32,000 bases of DNA from an archaeon. GTDB lineage: Archaea; Iainarchaeota; Iainarchaeia; Iainarchaeales; JANQMZ01. The translations under genes were made by a program, and so were the position numbers. Positions 10,101 through 18,005 of this stretch are shown one piece after another. The DNA lies in NCBI GenBank assembly GCA_028279805.1, contig JANQMZ010000007.1:180001-212000 (forward strand), in the 5' to 3' direction. How positions within the stretch are numbered: the stretch's first letter is position 1; each line of letters opens with the position of its first letter. Under the pieces are notes generated by a model. The model was not told the origin of the DNA. It was given only the letters and a program-made list of their open reading frames with translations, and did no database searches.

Positions 10101-10323
10101 CAATTATTTTTTCAACAAAAAAAGAATTAACAGGCACGAAATAAATTTTATCAGCCATTCCTTCCGTTGTCTGCACTGTTGCAATGTTTGGATTAATCAA
10201 AATTGTTTCAATTTTTTCTTCTTTTAAAGCTTTTAAAGCCTGTGAACCACTGTAATCAAATTCTCCCGCCTGCCCTATTTTTAAGGCACCTGAACCTAAA
10301 AGCAAAACTTTTTTTATTTTCAT
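7120..10323 (-). CDS. carB: Carbamoyl-phosphate synthase large subunit
   Basis: 1067 aa. N-terminus [30 protein letters not shown], a duplicated ATP-grasp halves architecture (second half [22 protein letters not shown]) and a C-terminal MGS-like domain. Confidence 0.97.
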   Translation of the reverse strand: [1067 protein letters not shown]

Positions 10324-11405
10324 TTTTTAACCTCTTTTAACATTAAGTCAAATAAAGAATTTGCGTCAAACGGGCCGGGCATGGCTTCCGGGTGAAATTG
10401 CACTGACATGAACGGTTTTGTTTTATGCTTGATTCCTTCATTTGAATTATCATTTGCGTTGTAAAACCATTCGTTCCAGTTTTTTGGCAAAGATTTTGAA
10501 TCAACTGCAAATCCGTGGTTTTGGGATGTAATGTAACAGGTTTTTGTTCCTTTCAAAACACATGGCTGGTTTTGGGACCGGTGCCCATATTTTAATTTGT
10601 AAGTTTTTGCCCCTGCAGCCAGAGCAAGAATCTGGTTCCCCAGGCATATTCCAAGTGTTGGATAATTGGATTCCATTGACTTTTTAGCCAAATCAATTGT
10701 TTTTTTGACAAGTGTAGGATCCCCAGGACCATTGGAAAAAAATAATGCGTCAAATGATTCATTTTTTTCAAACAAGTCATAATTCCATGGAATTCTTAAA
10801 ACTTTGACATTCCTTTGAATCAGGCTTCGGATAATATTGTTTTTTGCCCCACAATCAACAACTGCAATTGTTTTTGAACCTGAACCAAATTCCTGCACTT
10901 TGTCCGATGAAACTTTTTCAACCAGATTTTTTTTATTGGGATCTGAAAGTTTTTGATTTTTTCCTTTGCCATTTATTACAATTTTTCCAAGCATTACTCC
11001 TTTCTCTCTTAAAACCTGTGTTAATTCTCGTGTGTTTATGCCTGTTATTGCAGGAATTTTTTCCTCTTTTAACCATTGCTGTAAAGATTTAACAGAATCA
11101 TAATGATTGTATTCAAAAGAATAATCGGATACAAGCAATGCTTTTATCTGAATTTTTTCAGATTCAAAATGTTCAATTAACCCATTTTTTGTTTTTTTTC
11201 CGGGAACACCATAGTTTCCGATTAAAGGATAAGTCAGGCATAAAATTTGTTCCTTGTAACTCGGGTCGGTCAAAGTTTGGGGGTAGCCAACCATTCCCGT
11301 GTTAAAAACAACTTCCCCGTTTACCGGCTTGTCATAACCAAAAGAATAACCATCAAAACTAAAACCGTTTTCAAGAACAAGCGATGCCCTTAGCAATTCA
11401 GGCAT
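10320..11405 (-). CDS. carA: Carbamoyl-phosphate synthase small (glutaminase) subunit
   Basis: Class I amidotransferase motifs GICLGNQ (catalytic Cys) and QFHPEA. 4-nt overlap with the carB start. GGAGGG lies 7 nt upstream of the ATG. Confidence 0.95.
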   Translation of the reverse strand: MPELLRASLVLENGFSFDGYSFGYDKPVNGEVVFNTGMVGYPQTLTDPSYKEQILCLTYPLIGNYGVPGKKTKNGLIEHFESEKIQIKALLVSDYSFEYNHYDSVKSLQQWLKEEKIPAITGINTRELTQVLREKGVMLGKIVINGKGKNQKLSDPNKKNLVEKVSSDKVQEFGSGSKTIAVVDCGAKNNIIRSLIQRNVKVLRIPWNYDLFEKNESFDALFFSNGPGDPTLVKKTIDLAKKSMESNYPTLGICLGNQILALAAGAKTYKLKYGHRSQNQPCVLKGTKTCYITSQNHGFAVDSKSLPKNWNEWFYNANDNSNEGIKHKTKPFMSVQFHPEAMPGPFDANSLFDLMLKEVKK

Positions 11406-11527
11406 GTTGTTCCCTCCAACAAAATAAGATTAAAAAAAAACGAATCTGGATTGACATCTGTTTTAAAAAAACTCTGAAAACCCATTTGAAAGACCTACAC
11501 ATTTAGCAGGAATACAATTAAAAATCT

Positions 11528-11547
11528 AATGCGTTTTTTCACGCATT
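11528..11547 (-). terminator. Hairpin (AATGCGT/ACGCATT, 7 bp) followed by AGAUUUUU on the minus strand, downstream of tRNA-Ser
   Basis: Perfect 7-bp inverted repeat with a 6-nt loop, then a U5 run 3 nt later. Oligo-U tracts are established archaeal termination signals. The assignment to tRNA-Ser is inference. Confidence 0.3.
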
Positions 11548-11633
11548 GCAGGCGGAACCATTTTTTCACCTTTATTTTATGTGCTATCTTTAGATTGCAT
11601 CTGAAGCGTTCCGTCCGGGTGCAACCGGACAAG

Positions 11634-11719
11634 CGGTGGGAGCGGGATTTGAACCCGCGCAGGGCGAACCCTAGTAGCTTAGCAGGCTACCGCCGTAAAC
11701 CAGACTGGGCCATCCCACC
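11634..11719 (-). tRNA. tRNA-Ser (anticodon GCU)
   Basis: Reverse complement reads GGTGGGA-TG-...-GTAGC-CTGCTAA-GCTAC-(long variable arm AGGGTTCGCCCT)-GCGGG-TTCAAAT-CCCGC-TCCCACC-G. Confidence 0.9.
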
Positions 11720-11737
11720 AATTTAATGTTTGCGGGA

Positions 11738-11750
11738 AAAGCTTTATTAA
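11738..11750 (+). promoter_or_regulatory. Candidate BRE/TATA element (AAAGCTTTATTAA) upstream of the ferredoxin gene
   Basis: An A-rich then T/A-rich box of the type seen about 25-37 nt before several starts in this window. It lies inside the longer track ORF (11726 start), which argues for the 11798 start. Confidence 0.3.
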
Positions 11751-11797
11751 TCAATTTTATCATAGTAATTAAATTCAGTATTTTTTTTGTGGTTTTT

Positions 11798-12046
11798 ATG
11801 GCAAGATATAGAATTGAATATGAAAGAGATGCTTGTATTGGAGCAGCTGTTTGTGAGGCTTTGGATCCCATTCATTTCAAAATAGTGGATGATGGAAAAG
11901 CTGACATGCTTGAAGCCAAACAGGAAGGGAATTTGTGGATATTGGAAACTGATTCACTGGAAATGGCTGTTGAAGCAGCACAAGGCTGTCCTGTTAAAAT
12001 AATTAAAGTTATTGACACGGAAACAGGCAAAAGGCTTGATGAATAA
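11798..12046 (+). CDS. Small single-cluster ferredoxin (three-Cys CxxAxxC...CP type)
   Basis: MARYRIEYERDACIGAAVCEALDP...AAQGCPVKIIKV: CIGAAVC plus a distal CP. The track start at 11726 adds 24 residues encoded by promoter-like AT-rich DNA, so I prefer the ATG at 11798. Confidence 0.7.
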   Translation: MARYRIEYERDACIGAAVCEALDPIHFKIVDDGKADMLEAKQEGNLWILETDSLEMAVEAAQGCPVKIIKVIDTETGKRLDE

Positions 12047-12058
12047 AGCTTTTTTAAT
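12045..12058 (+). promoter_or_regulatory. Candidate BRE/TATA element (AAAGCTTTTTTAAT) for taw1
   Basis: The box centre is about 27 nt upstream of the ATG at 12082, consistent with a leaderless or very short-leader archaeal transcript. Confidence 0.35.
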
Positions 12059-12081
12059 GCTTTTAACCTATTTTTTGTTCT

Positions 12082-13068
12082 ATGCAGTTAAATGTTATTC
12101 CCAATCAAAGTGAAGCAGCTGAAACTGAATATCCGTCCAGAAATGTAATGGTTGCTGACTGGAAAAGAAAACGTTTAGAAAATGCTCAGTACAGGGTTAT
12201 TGGAAATCATTCAGCTGTAAAAACCTGCCATTGGTGTAAAAGCAAGGTTACAGGAAAAGACGGTTGTTATAAGGAAACATTTTATGATGTTCATGCTCAT
12301 AAATGCCTGGAAATGAGTCCTGCCATAACCTGCAATCAAAGATGTTTGCATTGCTGGCGTGACACCAGTGTGTTTAGTGCAGGCTGGGTTGGACCGGTTG
12401 ATGACCCAAAAGAAATTATTAAGGGTTGTATTGAAGCAAGAAAAGAATTAATGATGGGTTTTGGCGGCAACGATAAAGTTTCAAGAGAACAATTTGAAGA
12501 TTCTTTGATTCCGGATCATGCTGCAATTTCTTTAACTGGTGAACCATGCATGTATCCTCGTTTGGATGAAATGGTTCAAAGTTTTTTTGAAGATTTTAAT
12601 TTCAGAACGGTTTTTTTGGTTACATCTGGAACCGTTCCGGAATCTTTGAAAAAAATGGAAAAAAATGTTTTGCCTACAAACGTTTACATTTCATTGGAAG
12701 CAACTAATCCTGAGCAATACAAAAAATTGTGCATTCCTGTTGTTGAAAATGCCTGGGAAAAAGTTAATGAAAGCTTAGACATTTTAAGCCAAATGAATAC
12801 AAGAACTTTAATCAGAATTACTGCAATGAAAGGAATGAATATGGATAATCCTAAAGGTTTTGCTGAAATGATTGAAAAAGGCAGGCCAAAATTTGTTGAA
12901 GTTAAATCTTACATGTTTATTGGCAAAAGCCGAGAAAGAATGCAGATTGACAACATGGCTTCAATGGATGAAGTAAGAGAATTTGCTTCTGAGATTACCG
13001 ATCATTGTTCTTACAAGGTTAATGATGAAATTGAAGCAAGCCGGATTGTTCAGTTAAAAAGAATTTAG
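12082..13068 (+). CDS. taw1: tRNA 4-demethylwyosine synthase (radical SAM, TYW1/Taw1)
   Basis: Radical-SAM triad CNQRCLHC (Cx3Cx2C) plus the upstream Cys cluster (KTCHWCKSKVTGKDGCYK) typical of TYW1/Taw1. About 330 aa with no flavodoxin domain. Confidence 0.85.
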   Translation: MQLNVIPNQSEAAETEYPSRNVMVADWKRKRLENAQYRVIGNHSAVKTCHWCKSKVTGKDGCYKETFYDVHAHKCLEMSPAITCNQRCLHCWRDTSVFSAGWVGPVDDPKEIIKGCIEARKELMMGFGGNDKVSREQFEDSLIPDHAAISLTGEPCMYPRLDEMVQSFFEDFNFRTVFLVTSGTVPESLKKMEKNVLPTNVYISLEATNPEQYKKLCIPVVENAWEKVNESLDILSQMNTRTLIRITAMKGMNMDNPKGFAEMIEKGRPKFVEVKSYMFIGKSRERMQIDNMASMDEVREFASEITDHCSYKVNDEIEASRIVQLKRI

Positions 13069-13818
13069 CTATTTTTTATAATTCCATTCTTTTGTTGAAT
13101 ATTTTTCTTCTGCCAATTGTTTTGCTCTTGTCAATTCTTCTTCTGTCCAGGAACCGGTTTCAAATTCCTTTCCTTGGGTAAAAGAATTTTTTAAAGCTTC
13201 AAATAATTGTTTTTGGGTTATGTCAGGATTAACATCTTTAACACTTGTAACCAAATCTTTAACATGCTGCATTACTTTGTCTGACATTTTTTCTTTTCCA
13301 ACTTTTAACATTGAAAACATTTTTTCCCAGTCAACAGTATACAAAATTGTTCCATGTTGCAACAAAATTTTGTTTCTGCGGGTTTGAGCATTGCCTGAAA
13401 TTTTTTTGCCATTAACAATAATATCATTAATGGGCCGGAATTCTGATTTGATTCCAAGAGAATCAAAAGCGTTAATCAGATAACCGCAGATTTCCTTGTA
13501 AGATTCAATAATGTTTTTTGGAAACATGTTTTCAGGAGCAATTATACTATAGGTTATTTCACCCAGATTATCATGATAAACGGCTCCTCCGCCGGTTCTC
13601 CGCCTTACAATGTCAACGCCTAATTCTTTTGTTTTTGAATCATCAACTTCATCTTTTAATGACTGAAAATAGCCTATTGAAACAGCGCTAGGCTTCCATG
13701 TCCAGAATCTGATGGTCGGAGGGCTTTTGTTTTGAGCCACCGCTTCACTTACAGCTTCATCCATTGCCATGTGAAAAAAAGCATCATTTTCATGCAATTC
13801 AATTACACGCCATTTCAT
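13069..13818 (-). CDS. lplA: Lipoate-protein ligase A, catalytic subunit
   Basis: PTIRFWTWKPSAVSIGYFQ, RRRTGGGAVYHD and GKKISGNAQTRR are the BPL/LplA catalytic motifs. It lacks the C-terminal accessory domain, which is encoded by the upstream gene. Confidence 0.9.
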   Translation of the reverse strand: MKWRVIELHENDAFFHMAMDEAVSEAVAQNKSPPTIRFWTWKPSAVSIGYFQSLKDEVDDSKTKELGVDIVRRRTGGGAVYHDNLGEITYSIIAPENMFPKNIIESYKEICGYLINAFDSLGIKSEFRPINDIIVNGKKISGNAQTRRNKILLQHGTILYTVDWEKMFSMLKVGKEKMSDKVMQHVKDLVTSVKDVNPDITQKQLFEALKNSFTQGKEFETGSWTEEELTRAKQLAEEKYSTKEWNYKK

Positions 13819-14087
13819 TTTAATGCCTCCAGAATAACTTCATTAATGTCTTTGGCTGTAACTCCAACCAGTTCCGCATTGTTTTTGTCAATTATTTCCT
13901 GAACAATTTTTTCCAAATCCGAATCAATTTCTTTGTTTGTTAATTCCTGTTCAATTTGTTCAATTGTATTTTCTGGGTGAGCAAAAAAATCACCTTCAAT
14001 TGAAACATTTTTAATTAAATTTTCCTGAACATCAACTTTAATGCGCAATAATTTGCCGCCCTCTACTTTTCTTTCACTTTCTTTCAT
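13815..14087 (-). CDS. lplB: Lipoate-protein ligase accessory (C-terminal domain) subunit
   Basis: 90 aa. GGKLLRIKVDV...IKNVSIEGDFFAHPE matches the LplA C-terminal domain pattern. 4-nt ATGA overlap with lplA, i.e. a split ligase as known in Thermoplasma. Confidence 0.75.
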   Translation of the reverse strand: MKESERKVEGGKLLRIKVDVQENLIKNVSIEGDFFAHPENTIEQIEQELTNKEIDSDLEKIVQEIIDKNNAELVGVTAKDINEVILEALK

Positions 14088-15518
14088 TCAGTCACTTCCT
14101 TTTTCTTTAAAAATATGAATTGCTTTATTTAAAGCATCTTCTGCTGCTTCTGATACTGCCTCAGAAAAAGTTGGATGCGGATGAATTGTTAAAGCCAAGT
14201 CTTCCAACAACAACCCGGATTCTATTGCCAGAGTACATTCGCTTATTAAATCCGAAGCGTTTTCTCCGACAATTGTTCCGCCTAAAACTCTTTGAGTTTC
14301 CTTGTCTGCAATAATTTTGACAAATCCCTCTGTTTCATTAACCGCTAAAGCTTTTCCCAGTGCTTTAAAATTAAATTTTCCGATTAAAATTTCTTTTCCA
14401 TGTTCTTTTGCTTCATGTTCCTGCAAGCCAACGTGTGCAAATTCAGGTTCTGTGAAAATCACGGCTGGCACCAGATTGTCAAAAGCAGATTTTTCTCCTG
14501 CAATAGCTTCTGCTGCAATTTTTCCCTCTTTTGAACCTTTATGGGCAAGCATTGGCTGTCCCACAATATCCCCTATTGCAAAAATTTTTTCATCATCTGT
14601 CTGCATTTGTTCGTTTACAACAACGAATCCTTTTTCATCAACTTTTGCTTTGGTATTTTCAAGCCCGATGTTTTGCGTGTTTGGTTTTGTGCCAACAGCA
14701 ACCAAAACTTTGTCACATTCAATTGATTTTTTTCCCTTGCCTTTTTCTTCAACCACGACTCCGGCTTTGTCTCCCAAGTCCTGTAATTCCAGTGCTTTTG
14801 CATTTAACAAAATTTGAACATTTTTTTCTTTCAAATTTTTTTCCAAAACACGAATTACATCTGAATCATTGCCATACAAAATGGATTCTCCTGCTTCAAC
14901 AACTGTTGTTTTGGAGCCAAATCCTGCAAAAACTCCGGCCATTTCAAGACCTATATAGCCGCCGCCAATGATTACAATGCTTTTTGGCAAATTTTCAAAT
15001 TCCAGTGCTTCTTTTGAACTCATTACATATTTGCTTGAAAACTTAAAATCAGGCAATTCTATTGCTTTTGAACCGGTGGCAATAATGGCTTTTTTGAATT
15101 CAACATATTCCTGTTTGTCTCCAACATTTATCATAACTTTTTTTGAAGATTCAAACATTGCTTTTCCATGAATGACTGTTATTTTGTGTTTGTCAAACAA
15201 ATATTTTACTCCGTTGTTCAGTTTTTCAATAACACTTTTTTTCCAGGCCTGCAACTTTGCAACATTTAACTTGCGTTCACTTATTTCTATTCCCATTTTT
15301 TCAGTTTGAGTCAGAGAATGATAAAAATTTGAAGCATGAATCAATGCTTTTGAAGGAATGCATCCATGATTTAAACAAACCCCTCCCAAAACCGGTTCTT
15401 TTTCAACAACAATAACTTTTTTTCCCAATTGTGCTGCCCGGATTGCAGCAACATATCCCGCCGGGCCGGAACCAATAACCAAAACGTCTGTGCCTTGGGC
15501 AATTTCTCCCATTACCAT
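14088..15518 (-). CDS. lpdA: Dihydrolipoyl dehydrogenase (E3)
   Basis: FAD site VLVIGSGPAGYVAAIRAAQLG, redox-active disulfide GGVCLNHGCIPSK, a NAD-binding GGGYIGLE and a C-terminal dimerisation HPHPTFSE. Confidence 0.95.
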   Translation of the reverse strand: MVMGEIAQGTDVLVIGSGPAGYVAAIRAAQLGKKVIVVEKEPVLGGVCLNHGCIPSKALIHASNFYHSLTQTEKMGIEISERKLNVAKLQAWKKSVIEKLNNGVKYLFDKHKITVIHGKAMFESSKKVMINVGDKQEYVEFKKAIIATGSKAIELPDFKFSSKYVMSSKEALEFENLPKSIVIIGGGYIGLEMAGVFAGFGSKTTVVEAGESILYGNDSDVIRVLEKNLKEKNVQILLNAKALELQDLGDKAGVVVEEKGKGKKSIECDKVLVAVGTKPNTQNIGLENTKAKVDEKGFVVVNEQMQTDDEKIFAIGDIVGQPMLAHKGSKEGKIAAEAIAGEKSAFDNLVPAVIFTEPEFAHVGLQEHEAKEHGKEILIGKFNFKALGKALAVNETEGFVKIIADKETQRVLGGTIVGENASDLISECTLAIESGLLLEDLALTIHPHPTFSEAVSEAAEDALNKAIHIFKEKGSD

Positions 15519-15519
15519 T

Positions 15520-17010
15520 TTATTTCACGTTTGAAAATTTTGCTTCTTCTAATTGTTTTTTTATTTCATTAACAAAAGAAGCAGCTGTTGCTCCGTCAAT
15601 TATTCTGTGGTCAAAACTTAAAGCCAGATTTAAAATTTTTCTTGGCTGCAATTCGCCGTTAATGTAACGGGGCAGTTCATGAATTCTATGCACTCCTAAA
15701 ATTGCTGCTTCCGGATAATTAATTATCGGAGTTGAATAAATTCCTCCAATACTCCCTACATTTGTAATTGTAAATGTTCCGCCAGACATTTCAGGCAAAG
15801 AAATTTTTCTGTCTCTTGATTTTTGAGCTAACTCATTTATTTCTTTTCCGATTTGATAAATTGTTTTTTGTTCAGCATTTTTTACAACCGGAACCATTAA
15901 GCCTGCATCAGTTTCAACTGCTATGCCAATATTGTAAAATTTTTTCAAAACAATTTCATTTGTTTGTTCATTTAAGGAAGAATTAATGTATGGAAATTTT
16001 TTCAAAGCATTAACAACAGCTGAAACAATAAAAGGTAAATAAGTTAATTTGATTCCCTGTTGTTCAGCATCAGCTTTTTCATTTTTTCTGAATTCAACCA
16101 AATCTGTTACATCCAATTCCTCAAAATGTGTCACATGTGGAGCTGTATACATTGATTGTTCCATATGTTCTGAAATAATTTTTCTGACACCAGATAAAGG
16201 AATTCTGTCGGCATTTCCTTCTAAAACAATTTGAGCTGGTTTAAACATTAAAGCCGGCTTTTGAGGTAATTGAGGCATTGGTGGTTGTGGCATCGGTTGA
16301 GGATAGTATTGGGGATATTGCGGATAAAACGGTTGTTGAGGCTGCTGAGGTTGTTGCATCGGCTGTGGTTGCTGCTGAGGCATCTGAGGTTGCGGTGGTT
16401 GCATTGGTTGTTGTGGCTGAGGCTGGGTTTGTTGTTGGGTTGGAGTTCCTAAAAAATTGTCAATGTCCTGTTTTTCAATTCTGCCGCCCGGACCAGAGCC
16501 CTGAACTTGGTTAATGTCAACATTTTTTTCACGAGCATAATGTCTTACTGCAGGAGTAGCAAAAGCTTTTCCTTTTGGAGTTTCACTTTGTTGTGATGTT
16601 GATGGTGCCGGAGGAGTTTGCGGCTGAACTTGTTGTGGTTGAGGAATTTGTTCTGGTTCTTGTTTTGTTTGTGGTGCAGGTGTTTCCATTGGTTTTTGTT
16701 CAATTTTCATTTCAGGTTTTTCTTCTGGTTCTTTTTCTTCTGTTTTTGTTTCTTCTTTTGGTTTTTCTCCTGAACCATCATCAATTGTTACAAAAATACT
16801 TCCAACTTTTACTGTGTCCCCTTCTTTTGCATGCAGCTTTAAAATTTTTCCGTCTTCAGGGGACGGAATTTCAACAACAGCTTTGTCTGTTTCAATTTCT
16901 GCCAAAGGAGCATCTTCTTTTATTTCATCTCCTTCTTTAACCATCCATTTAACCAGTTGCCCTTCATGAATTCCTTCTCCCGGGTCCGGTAATTTAAATT
17001 CTAAAACCAT
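15520..17010 (-). CDS. Dihydrolipoamide acyltransferase (E2) of a 2-oxoacid dehydrogenase complex
   Basis: Lipoyl domain (EIETDKAVVEIPSP), E3-binding domain (ATPAVRHYAREKNVDINQVQGSGPGGRI) and catalytic domain (SFDHRIIDGA). The ATG at 17010 gives the canonical MVLEFKLPDPGEG; the track uses a GTG at 17019. Confidence 0.92.
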   Translation of the reverse strand: MVLEFKLPDPGEGIHEGQLVKWMVKEGDEIKEDAPLAEIETDKAVVEIPSPEDGKILKLHAKEGDTVKVGSIFVTIDDGSGEKPKEETKTEEKEPEEKPEMKIEQKPMETPAPQTKQEPEQIPQPQQVQPQTPPAPSTSQQSETPKGKAFATPAVRHYAREKNVDINQVQGSGPGGRIEKQDIDNFLGTPTQQQTQPQPQQPMQPPQPQMPQQQPQPMQQPQQPQQPFYPQYPQYYPQPMPQPPMPQLPQKPALMFKPAQIVLEGNADRIPLSGVRKIISEHMEQSMYTAPHVTHFEELDVTDLVEFRKNEKADAEQQGIKLTYLPFIVSAVVNALKKFPYINSSLNEQTNEIVLKKFYNIGIAVETDAGLMVPVVKNAEQKTIYQIGKEINELAQKSRDRKISLPEMSGGTFTITNVGSIGGIYSTPIINYPEAAILGVHRIHELPRYINGELQPRKILNLALSFDHRIIDGATAASFVNEIKKQLEEAKFSNVK

Positions 17011-17033
17011 CTTTCTCACTAATACTGGGTCAA

Positions 17034-18005
17034 TTAATAATTTATTACTTCTTTTATTGCTTTTGCAACTCTGTAAGCACTTGGCAAATAATAATTTTCA
17101 GACAAAGCCAATGGAAAAGGAACATTATAACCTGTCACTCTTTTGATTGGAGCTTCCAAGCTTGTAAAAGCATGTTCATTTAACAATGCAATAATTTCTC
17201 CAGCAGGCCCAAAATTTCTGGCTGCTTCATGCAATATTACACATTTGCCTGTTTTTTTAACAGATTCAACAATTGGCTTATAATCGAGAGGATAAATTGT
17301 TTGAACATCAATCAATTCAACACTAACATTTCCCAATGATTCAATTGCTTCCTGTGCAACTTCCATTTGAGCTCCCCAGCTGACCAAGGTAATATCATCA
17401 CCTTGTTTTACAACATTTGTTTCACCAATCGGAACAGTGTAAGCTTCATCCGGAATATCCTGTTTCATTGCCCTGTACATTCTTTTTGGTTCCATGTACA
17501 AAACAGGGTCTGGGTCACGAATTGCTGCAATAAGCAGCCCTTTAGCGTTATATGGATTGGATGCAACAACGGTTTTAATGCCTTGAATGTGCCCAAACAT
17601 TGCTTCCATGCTTTCAGAATGATGCTCCAGTGCCCTAATACCCCCACCATAAGGCAACCTGACAACCAAAGGGCAGGTTAGTACGCCACGGGTCCTGTTT
17701 CTGATTCTTGCTGCATGTGATATGACTTCCTGCATTGCAGGATAAATAAAACCGGAAAACTGCATTTCTGCAACTGGTTTTAAACCGTTAATTGCCATTC
17801 CGACACTTGTGCCAACAATGCCTGCTTCAGCCAAAGGAGAATCAATAACTCTTTCTTCTCCAAACTTGTCAATTAATCCGTCAGTTACCCTAAAGACTCC
17901 GCCGTCAACTCCAACGTCTTCCCCTAAAACAACAACACTTTCATCATTCTTCATTTCCAGTTCCAATGCGTTGTTAATTGCCTGAACAATATTCATTTCA
18001 GCCAT
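17034..18005 (-). CDS. 2-oxoacid dehydrogenase E1 component, beta subunit
   Basis: MAEMNIVQAINNALELEM...VVVLGEDVG...GVFRVT...SPLAEAGIVG is typical E1beta. The start at 18005 gives an 8-nt overlap with the E1alpha stop; the track start at 18035 would overlap by 38 nt. Confidence 0.92.
   Translation of the reverse strand: MAEMNIVQAINNALELEMKNDESVVVLGEDVGVDGGVFRVTDGLIDKFGEERVIDSPLAEAGIVGTSVGMAINGLKPVAEMQFSGFIYPAMQEVISHAARIRNRTRGVLTCPLVVRLPYGGGIRALEHHSESMEAMFGHIQGIKTVVASNPYNAKGLLIAAIRDPDPVLYMEPKRMYRAMKQDIPDEAYTVPIGETNVVKQGDDITLVSWGAQMEVAQEAIESLGNVSVELIDVQTIYPLDYKPIVESVKKTGKCVILHEAARNFGPAGEIIALLNEHAFTSLEAPIKRVTGYNVPFPLALSENYYLPSAYRVAKAIKEVINY

Noticed and set aside
11529-11726. Track ORF of 65 aa on the plus strand
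   Set aside because: It runs antisense straight through tRNA-Ser (11634-11719), and its 5' part is the hairpin/terminator region, so it is an artefact. The same logic applies to 20408-20632, which runs across tRNA-Asn.
16270-16940. Plus-strand ORFs of 60-121 aa with L/R/W- or V/A/E-rich repeats
   Set aside because: They are antisense shadows of the Q/P- and E/K-rich linker-coding DNA of E2. Codon periodicity creates long stop-free antisense frames.
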